NCBI GenBank assembly: GCA_963621925.1
Contig: CAVFGF010000020.1
Coordinates: 20,882 to 27,876, forward strand
Length of the DNA stretch: 6,995 nt
Source of the DNA: Alistipes onderdonkii
Lineage (GTDB): Bacteria; Bacillota; Clostridia; Lachnospirales; Lachnospiraceae
Reading direction: 5' to 3'
Part shown: positions 1 through 5,969 of the stretch, in pieces
How positions within the stretch are numbered: position 1 is the stretch's first letter
Layout: each line of letters opens with the position of its first letter
Made by a program: the position numbers and the translations under genes
The notes under the pieces: generated by a model
Seen by the model: the letters and a program-made list of their open reading frames with translations, nothing else
What the model was told of the DNA's origin: nothing
Databases searched by the model: none

Positions 1-2
1 CA

Positions 3-110
3 CCTACGGATATTTTCACTGGAGACCGAGATGACCTTATTGAATTCCATGGCAAAATGGTTTCCAAAAAATCAATTGAAGAATTAGCCAAGAAAGCCAA
101 CTTGATTTAA
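3..110 (+). CDS. 3' end of an unidentified plus-strand CDS (last 35 codons plus stop), truncated by the window edge
   Basis: The frame is open from the window edge and reads PTDIFTGDRDDLIEFHGKMVSKKSIEELAKKANLI*, ending at TAA 108-110. A GC-rich hairpin with a T-run follows about 20 nt downstream. It is too short for the ORF track and I recognise no family. Confidence 0.4.
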   Translation, partial: PTDIFTGDRDDLIEFHGKMVSKKSIEELAKKANLI

Positions 111-128
111 TATTCATCGGTATATACG

Positions 129-159
129 AAAAGGGAGCCCAAGACCTGGGTTCCCTTTT
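129..159. terminator. Bidirectional rho-independent terminator between the convergent plus-strand CDS and rsmI
   Basis: The sequence aaaaGGGAGCCCA-agacc-TGGGTTCCCtttt forms a 9-bp GC-rich stem (133-141 pairs with 147-155). One pair is G.U on the plus transcript and an A.C mismatch on the minus transcript. The loop is 5 nt, and A-run/T-run flanks give a U-tract in both orientations. It lies between stop 108-110 (+) and stop 165-167 (-). Confidence 0.65.
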
Positions 160-164
160 CTCTT

Positions 165-1001
165 TCAGAGCAAAGCCTGATAGATATCTCTCTTGGATAC
201 CCCGCGATCCTTCGCGGCCAGCCGCATTGCCTCCTTGCGTGCAATTCCCTGCTTTTCATACAGAGCCACATGATCGGCAATCGTCATCTCCTCCCAGGCT
301 TCCTGCTTTTCCTTTTCTATTTCCTCACGGCTTCGACCCTCGATCACCAACACACACTCGCCTCTCGGAGCCTCCGCTTCATAATGCCGAATCGCAGCTT
401 CCAGGTCGGTCCGAAATATCGTTTCATGCTTCTTCGTCAGCTCCCGACAGATTGAGATCCGGCGATTGCCCAATATCTCCTTCAATTCCCCCAACGTTTT
501 CAAAAGCCTGTGAGGTGCCTCGTAGAGAACCATGGTCCTGGTTTCACTCTTCATTTCCTCCAGAATACTCTGCCGTTCCTTCTTATCCGTCGGCAAAAAA
601 GCCTCAAAGGCAAAGCGCCTGGTTCCGAGTCCCGATACGGTCAGCGCAGTCACGCAGGCGCAGGCACCCGGCAATACCGTCACGGGAATTCCCGCCTCTG
701 CACACATTTTTACCAGCTCCTCACCGGGATCCGAGATCCCCGGCATGCCGGCATCGGTGATCAACGCAATATTCCTGCCTGCCCTAAGCTGCTCCACCAG
801 CTCCTGACCCTTCTCAAACTTGTTGTATTCATGATAGCTGGTCATCGGTGTATGAATTTCAAAATGATTCAAAAGCTTGATGCTGTTGCGCGTATCCTCC
901 GCTGCAATGAGATCTACCTCTTTTAAGATCCGAAGCACACGATAGGTGATATCCTCCAGATTTCCTATCGGAGTTGCGCACAGATATAATGTTCCCTGCA
1001 T
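165..1001 (-). CDS. rsmI: 16S rRNA (cytidine1402-2'-O)-methyltransferase RsmI
   Basis: 278 aa. The N-terminus MQGTLYLCATPIGNLEDITYRVLRILKEVDLIAAEDTRNS is the characteristic RsmI/tetrapyrrole-methylase-fold signature, and ITDAGMPGISDPG is also typical. ATG at 999-1001 is preceded by GGAGAG (complement of 1005-1010). The stop is TGA 165-167. Its position downstream of a yabB-like gene matches the Bacillus yabC locus. Confidence 0.93.
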   Translation of the reverse strand: MQGTLYLCATPIGNLEDITYRVLRILKEVDLIAAEDTRNSIKLLNHFEIHTPMTSYHEYNKFEKGQELVEQLRAGRNIALITDAGMPGISDPGEELVKMCAEAGIPVTVLPGACACVTALTVSGLGTRRFAFEAFLPTDKKERQSILEEMKSETRTMVLYEAPHRLLKTLGELKEILGNRRISICRELTKKHETIFRTDLEAAIRHYEAEAPRGECVLVIEGRSREEIEKEKQEAWEEMTIADHVALYEKQGIARKEAMRLAAKDRGVSKRDIYQALL

Positions 1002-1010
1002 CTTCTCTCC

Positions 1011-1748
1011 TTAATACCCGTAAATATCGTAAATCTCATCCATATAGACGCCGGGCTCCTTGTATACAATCAGTGGTTTCTCCACCGTCATCCTCGGGCG
1101 TCCGCCCCGGCAGGCCTCCAGAAGTACCATGTTCGGCTCCTTGTCGACATAGGGATAGACGAGCTGCATTCGTTTGGGCTCCAGCTTATACTCTGACAGA
1201 GTGCGGATAATTTCTGCCAGCCGAAAGGGGCGATGCACCAAATAAAACCGTCCGCCTGGCCGCAAAACCTTCGCTGCCTCCCTGGCCACATCCGCAAAGC
1301 TGCAAAGGATCTCGTGTCTTGCGATCGCCTTGGGAAGCTTTGGATTGACGAGTCCGTGACTGCCTGTCATATAAGGGGGATTGCAAGTCACGATATCAAA
1401 AGAAGCCGCTCCGAAGATCGAAGCCGCTTCCTTGATATCGCCTCGTACAATCGATATAGAACCCGTCAGCCCGTTCAGCTCGACACTTCGCCTGGCCATA
1501 TCAGCGCTCTCCTCCTGGATCTCCAGTCCGGTGAAATCCCGCCCCTTCGTTTTTCCCCGAAGCAAAATCGGAATGATTCCCGTACCGGTTCCCAGATCCA
1601 GTACCCGCTCGCCCTCTTTTACCTTTGTAAATCCGGACAGCAGCACCGCATCCATCCCAAAGCAAAATTTATTGGGATTCTGGATGATTTGATAGCCGTT
1701 TCGCTGCAAATCATCCAGCCGTTCTCCGTCCTTCAATCTAATTGCCAT
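1011..1748 (-). CDS. yabB: SAM-dependent N6-adenine methyltransferase, YabB/TrmN6 family (tRNA1(Val) m6A37 methyltransferase-like)
   Basis: 245 aa. SAM motif I is VLDLGTGTGIIP and the catalytic motif is NPPY (codons at 1371-1382, TCNPPYM). The N-terminus LQRNGYQIIQNPNKFCFGMDAVLL is typical of this family. ATG at 1746-1748 lies inside the end of ricT (11-nt overlap). AGGAGAGG lies about 13 nt upstream of that ATG. The stop is TAA 1011-1013. Confidence 0.85.
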   Translation of the reverse strand: MAIRLKDGERLDDLQRNGYQIIQNPNKFCFGMDAVLLSGFTKVKEGERVLDLGTGTGIIPILLRGKTKGRDFTGLEIQEESADMARRSVELNGLTGSISIVRGDIKEAASIFGAASFDIVTCNPPYMTGSHGLVNPKLPKAIARHEILCSFADVAREAAKVLRPGGRFYLVHRPFRLAEIIRTLSEYKLEPKRMQLVYPYVDKEPNMVLLEACRGGRPRMTVEKPLIVYKEPGVYMDEIYDIYGY

Positions 1749-2652
1749 CCAGCTTCGATTTCCTCTCCTGCTTTTCCAGTGCCTCCAACTTTTTCAATTC
1801 CTTATCCGAAGAACCGCCTTTTTCTCCCTTTTTCTTTCTCGGCCGGAATTTCAGCTCTTCTACCGGATATTCCCGGATTTCCTTTTCATCCCCCTCGATG
1901 GTTACGACCACCTTGACCTTCTGGCGCAGCACGTTTACACTCTGCACCTCTCCCTTCAGGCCATCGGCTGTCGTCACATAATCTCCCGTTCCGGGCAAAT
2001 GGCTGTTCAGCTCCTCGTAGGTCTCCTGCTCATGCTTCAGACAGCACATCAATCTGCCGCATACTCCCGAGATCTTTGTGGGATTCAGGGAGAGATTCTG
2101 CTCCTTCGCCATTTTGATCGAAACCGGTATAAAATCAGACAAATGCGTATGACAGCAAAGGCTTCTTCCGCAGATTCCGATACCTCCCAGGATCTTCGTC
2201 TCATCCCGCACACCGATCTGCCGCAGCTCGATACGGGTACGGAATACGCTCGCCAGATCCTTTACCAGCTCACGGAAATCGATCCGCCCGTCTGCTGTAA
2301 AATAAAACAGCACCTTGTTATTGTCAAACGTATATTCTGCCTGAATCAGCTTCATCTCCAGGCCATGCTTTTTAATTTTTTCCTGACAAATCCGGAAGGC
2401 TTCTTTTTCCTTCAGCCGATTGGCTGCTTCCTTCGCGTCATCCTCCTGCGTCGCGATGCGAAGCACCGGCTTCAGCGGCTGTATGATCTTTTTTCCTTCT
2501 ACCTCTTTCGTTCCGACTACCACATATCCGTATTCCACTCCTCTGGCAGTCTCTACGATGACATGCTTTCCCTTCGGAATATCCAGCTTTCCGGGCGAAA
2601 AGAAGTATACTTTTCCCGCATTCCGGAATCTGACACCTATGACTTTTTCCAT
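1738..2652 (-). CDS. ricT: PSP1-domain regulatory iron-sulfur protein RicT (YaaT, stage 0 sporulation protein)
   Basis: 304 aa. The N-terminus VIGVRFRNAGKVYFFSPGKLDIPKGKHVIVETARGVEYG and the PSP1 core FYFTADGRIDFRELVKDLASVFRTRIELRQIGVRD are characteristic. There are two CGRxxCC cysteine motifs, ICGRSLCCH and VCGRLMCCL. ATG at 2650-2652 lies 1 nt after the holB stop and is preceded by AAAGGAGA. Confidence 0.92.
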   Translation of the reverse strand: MEKVIGVRFRNAGKVYFFSPGKLDIPKGKHVIVETARGVEYGYVVVGTKEVEGKKIIQPLKPVLRIATQEDDAKEAANRLKEKEAFRICQEKIKKHGLEMKLIQAEYTFDNNKVLFYFTADGRIDFRELVKDLASVFRTRIELRQIGVRDETKILGGIGICGRSLCCHTHLSDFIPVSIKMAKEQNLSLNPTKISGVCGRLMCCLKHEQETYEELNSHLPGTGDYVTTADGLKGEVQSVNVLRQKVKVVVTIEGDEKEIREYPVEELKFRPRKKKGEKGGSSDKELKKLEALEKQERKSKLDGN

Positions 2653-2653
2653 T

Positions 2654-3643
2654 CTAATTCTCCTTTATCGTCAACATGAGAAGTTCCATCGTCAGCTCAA
2701 AATTCACATTTGCATGCAGACGAATTCTGGCCTTCTCAAGAGCATTTAAAATCCGCTCCAAGCCCTCATAGGAGCTTTTCTCAGCCTGCGCACGGATTTC
2801 ATTGATTTCCTCAGCAAAAATAAGCCCATCGATCTGGCGGGTTGCCTTAAATAAAAGAACATCCCGAAACCACAGAGCCATCAGATCCAGATAATCGCCA
2901 ATCTCCGTTTTATATTCAGCCACCGAGCGCACTGCCTCGGTCAGCTCATAGATCTCCATATCCCGCAGATGCCGGAGCAGATGAAGCAGATGGCTCTTGA
3001 GCTCCGCAAACTCCTCCGACTGCGCCAGGCGCTTTGCCTTCCCTACATTTCCTCTGGCGAAGGCCGTACAGATATCCGCCTGATAATCAGGAATATGATA
3101 GGTCTCCATCAGATAGGGTTTGATGAGTTCACTTCTTACCGGGCGCAGCTTCAGCGTCACGCACCTGGAAAGAATCGTCGGAAGAAATGCCTCCGCATTG
3201 GTCGTCAGGAGCAAAATCACACCGTAGGCAGGCGGTTCCTCTATCGTCTTTAAAAGTGCATTCTGCGCCTGCACCGTCATTTTCTCGGCTTCATCTACGA
3301 TATAGATCTTATAAGGACTGCTATAGGGCTTAATCAGGATGTCACTGCAAAGTCCGGTTCGAATATCCTCGACACCGATACTGGCCGACTTCTCGTGACT
3401 CACCCAGACGATATCCGGCTGATTGTCGCTGACCGCCTGCTTACAGGAACGGCACGCTCCACAGGGCTCGGTGCTGCCCTGTTCACACTGGAGGGTCTGC
3501 GCAAAAGCCCGAGCCAGCATTTTTTTACCGGCTCCCTCTTCTCCGTCTAAAATATAGGCATGGGATATTTTTTTCAACTGAATGGCGTTCTGCAGATGCT
3601 CTCTTATCTGATCATGCCCCAGTATTTCCGAAAATCCTGCCAT
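2654..3643 (-). CDS. holB: DNA polymerase III subunit delta' (HolB)
   Basis: 329 aa. It has a degenerate Walker A (GEEGAGKK), a Cys4 zinc module (C53, C61, C64, C67: CEQGSTEPCGACRSC), a DEAE box (IVDEAEKM), NALLKTIEEPP and the SRC motif (ILSRC). AGGAGGA (complement of 3654-3660) lies 10 nt upstream of ATG 3641-3643. Synteny with ricT supports the call. Confidence 0.92.
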   Translation of the reverse strand: MAGFSEILGHDQIREHLQNAIQLKKISHAYILDGEEGAGKKMLARAFAQTLQCEQGSTEPCGACRSCKQAVSDNQPDIVWVSHEKSASIGVEDIRTGLCSDILIKPYSSPYKIYIVDEAEKMTVQAQNALLKTIEEPPAYGVILLLTTNAEAFLPTILSRCVTLKLRPVRSELIKPYLMETYHIPDYQADICTAFARGNVGKAKRLAQSEEFAELKSHLLHLLRHLRDMEIYELTEAVRSVAEYKTEIGDYLDLMALWFRDVLLFKATRQIDGLIFAEEINEIRAQAEKSSYEGLERILNALEKARIRLHANVNFELTMELLMLTIKEN

Positions 3644-3679
3644 ACTTTCACGCTCCTCCTCTGAACACTGTTTTTGAAA

Positions 3680-3725
3680 TATATTTTAGTATAGCATACA
3701 TTTTTTAGAAAAAACAGCTTTTTGT
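3680..3725 (-). promoter_or_regulatory. Candidate sigma-A-type promoter for the holB-ricT-yabB-rsmI unit
   Basis: This is the only sizeable intergenic gap in the array (3644-3732) and it is AT-rich. The minus strand reads ...gctgttttttctaaaaaatgtaTGcTATACTAAAATatatttc..., giving an extended -10 TGnTATACT (TATACT is the complement of 3688-3693) that overlaps a second -10-like TAAAAT. The -35 matches are poor (TGTTTT, TTTCTA). The assignment rests on sequence pattern only. Confidence 0.4.
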
Positions 3726-3732
3726 TCTTTGC

Positions 3733-4335
3733 TCATCCTTCCTGATTTTGCCTGATATAACCCGAAATTTCCTCTATGCAATCAGAGAGCTTCCGGTTAT
3801 AAAACCGCTTTCGTATCCCTGCCTCTGCAATTTTCTCCTCCGAAAAATCTTCACTGTCTGCCAGGAATCGGCGACAAAGCTCGGCATATTTCGGTTCCTC
3901 CTGTGCCCGCTCCCGCTCAAGGGCTCTCTGAAGTCTCTCCCCATCCACCACTTCGATATAGATGGGCACGACCTGTTCCTTCCCGTAATAATCCCGAAGG
4001 GCACGATAAGACTCCGGCACGCCAATTCCGAGATAATCCCTTACCGACAAATCCGTCTCCTTTGTATCGGCTGTAAAATATTTCCATATCCCATGTACGG
4101 TATGATAGGCCCGCAATTCGATCACCTTTCCGGCCTGCTGAAGCTTTGAAAGTCCCGCCTCGTCGGTAAAATGATACTGTACACCCTGTTTCTCTCCGGC
4201 CCGCATAGGGCGCGTCGTATACAGCACCAGGGGGGATAGCTTCAGCTCTGCCTGCTTCAGAAGCTCCCGAAAGATCGTATCCTTTCCCGTCGCACTTTTT
4301 CCGATTATATAAAATAATTTTCCCATCGTTTTCAC
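3733..4335 (-). CDS. Guanylate kinase-fold (NMP kinase) family protein, a divergent Gmk paralog of unknown substrate
   Basis: 200 aa if it starts at GTG 4333-4335, or 197 aa from ATG 4324-4326 (MGKLFYIIGKS...). The P-loop is GKSATGKDT (4276-4302). The guanylate-kinase signature is YTTRPMRAGEKQGVQYHF (4168-4221). The GMP-binding segment after the conserved Glu is atypical (ELRAYHTVHGIWKYFT instead of E-x-FGNYYGT) and the lid is Arg/Glu-rich (RLQRALERERAQEE). The GTG start overlaps the decarboxylase stop as GTGA. Confidence 0.8.
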   Translation of the reverse strand: MKTMGKLFYIIGKSATGKDTIFRELLKQAELKLSPLVLYTTRPMRAGEKQGVQYHFTDEAGLSKLQQAGKVIELRAYHTVHGIWKYFTADTKETDLSVRDYLGIGVPESYRALRDYYGKEQVVPIYIEVVDGERLQRALERERAQEEPKYAELCRRFLADSEDFSEEKIAEAGIRKRFYNRKLSDCIEEISGYIRQNQEG

Positions 4336-5924
4336 CGTCCCATGCCTTTACAAATTTTCAGCATTGCTTCTCCCCCGGCCGCCGTAAGCCCATGAACCTT
4401 ATAACCGGCTGCCAGCCATGCTTCGATTCTTTCTAGCAGCTCTTTCGTCACGGTTTCTCCGGGCGCCAGAATCGGAATGCCGGGCGGATACAGGTAGACA
4501 TAAGTCCCTGACACCGCGTCTTTACACATAGCTAAGGGCTGCTCAAATGTCTCTGTCTCTGCCGCCTCACCGAGAGTCAGCAAAGCAGGCGGACAGGGCA
4601 GAACATTCCTGCTCCCACCCTGTCGTTCTGCCGGCTTGGCCGACTCCTTCTGCTTTTGCGCCAGCCCCTCATTTTCCTGCTGATTTTCTCGTATTTTCTG
4701 TTCCAATTTTTGATCGATCACATGCAACGCATCCGACAGCCTCTCAAAGCCTTCCGCCGTATCCGCAATTCCTGCGATTCCCACCACATAATCCGGCCCG
4801 CTCATCTCCATCTGGATATGATATTTTTCCCGGAATATCTGTGAGAGCTTTTCGCCTGTCAGATTTACTCCATTTTTGATCGCTTTTCCTGCAGAAATCA
4901 GAAGCTTACTCCGATCAAAATCCGCTGTCTCTCCGAATTCCTTCTTTTTTTCCGGCTCTAGCCAGCCTCCTTTGGCTTCACTACCGCCACCGGCCAGATA
5001 CAGCCATTTCAGATCCCGACAATTTTCCCGGAAGAAAGCAAGCTCTCTTACATGCTTCCGAAAGAGCTCTTCGCCCTCTCTCCTCAGCAGATCAACACAG
5101 GCATCGATGGAAGCCATCAAAACATAGGAAGGACTGCTGCTCTGGTAAATCGACAGAAATCTCCGGATCCGCTCCCGATCGGCCAACTTTCCTTGTATAT
5201 GTAAAAGCGCCGTCTGGGTCATGGATGGCAGCGTCTTATGTACACTGTGAATCACCACATCCGCCCCGGCGCGCACCGCATCCTCCGGAAAGTAATCAGA
5301 AAATGGGAAATGAGCCCCATGCGCCTGATCCACTAGCAACGGTACCCCGTGGCGATGACAGATCTCTGCGATTTTCTCTACGTCCGAGCATACCCCATCA
5401 TAAGTAGGGGAGACAATCATTACTGCCTCTGCTTCCTCTTTTTCCAGTTCTTTATCCACATCCTCCGGTGAAATGGCGCCGTTTATCCCCAATTTCTCGA
5501 TATAATGTGGATAAAGATACACCGTACGAAGCCCTCGAAGCTCCGCTGCATGATAGGCGGAGCGATGACAGTTCCTGGCCATCAAAAGTCTCCCGCCATA
5601 TTTTGTGCACCCGGAAATGGCACTTAAGATTCCCGCTGTACTTCCATTGATGAGAAAATGCGTCTCCTTCGCTCCAAAAACTTCTGCAGCCCGATGCTGC
5701 GCTCTTGTCAGCTCTCCCTCCGGCTCCGGATGATGCAAATCATCAAATCCCGGGATCTCCGATATATCTATTTGAAACGGATTCTCAAATTCACCCAGCT
5801 GTCTCTTATGTCCCGGCATATGGAAAGCATAAAAGTCTGATTTTCCGTAGGACGATAGCTTTTCATAAAGCTGTCCACCGAAGCTTATCTGTTCCCCGTC
5901 TCTGCTTCTCTCTGTTTCTGACAT
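4332..5924 (-). CDS. Orn/Lys/Arg decarboxylase family PLP-dependent enzyme (YaaO-like)
   Basis: 530 aa. It carries the family motifs FHMPGHK near the N-terminus and LINGSTAG, and the PLP-lysine motif HSVHKTL (K230, codon 5235-5237). The C-terminal segment YLYPPGIPILAPGE is typical of the OKR_DC_1 C-terminal domain. ATG at 5922-5924 is preceded by AGGAGAG. The stop is TGA 4332-4334. Substrate specificity cannot be read from the sequence. Confidence 0.88.
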   Translation of the reverse strand: MSETERSRDGEQISFGGQLYEKLSSYGKSDFYAFHMPGHKRQLGEFENPFQIDISEIPGFDDLHHPEPEGELTRAQHRAAEVFGAKETHFLINGSTAGILSAISGCTKYGGRLLMARNCHRSAYHAAELRGLRTVYLYPHYIEKLGINGAISPEDVDKELEKEEAEAVMIVSPTYDGVCSDVEKIAEICHRHGVPLLVDQAHGAHFPFSDYFPEDAVRAGADVVIHSVHKTLPSMTQTALLHIQGKLADRERIRRFLSIYQSSSPSYVLMASIDACVDLLRREGEELFRKHVRELAFFRENCRDLKWLYLAGGGSEAKGGWLEPEKKKEFGETADFDRSKLLISAGKAIKNGVNLTGEKLSQIFREKYHIQMEMSGPDYVVGIAGIADTAEGFERLSDALHVIDQKLEQKIRENQQENEGLAQKQKESAKPAERQGGSRNVLPCPPALLTLGEAAETETFEQPLAMCKDAVSGTYVYLYPPGIPILAPGETVTKELLERIEAWLAAGYKVHGLTAAGGEAMLKICKGMGR

Positions 5925-5969
5925 ATCTATTCTCTCCTGAGATCTTAGGCTTTAATGGATCCCCCTGAT

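Noticed and set aside
227-2679. Long plus-strand ORFs antisense to rsmI, yabB and ricT: 227-760 (177 aa), 510-926 (138 aa), 1233-1916 (227 aa) and 1999-2679 (226 aa).
   Set aside because: Their translations are Pro/Ser/Arg/Leu-rich low-complexity strings with no recognisable motifs and no RBS. They fully overlap minus-strand genes that carry unambiguous family signatures, and 1233-1916 even runs across a gene junction. These are shadow ORFs produced by the codon usage of the opposite strand.
3648-3701. A 17-codon minus-strand mini-ORF (MYAILKYISKTVFRGGA*) ending 4 nt before the holB ATG, considered as a possible leader peptide or uORF.
   Set aside because: There is no Shine-Dalgarno upstream of its ATG. 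That ATG lies upstream of, or within, the best -10 candidate, so it would probably not be transcribed from that promoter. The AGGAGGA inside it is better explained as the holB RBS.
3703-3728. The A-run/T-run element gaaaaaacagctttttgttc, considered as a terminator for the kinase-fold gene.
   Set aside because: The only possible stem is about 4 bp and AT-rich. It does not meet normal criteria for an intrinsic terminator.
4324-4335. A possible annotation problem at the decarboxylase/kinase junction (GTG versus ATG start), considered as a sign of a frameshift or gene fusion.
   Set aside because: Both reading frames are intact and the two proteins are in different frames, with a clean TGA for the decarboxylase. 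Only the exact start codon of the kinase gene (GTG 4335 or ATG 4326) is ambiguous, so this is not a pseudogene.
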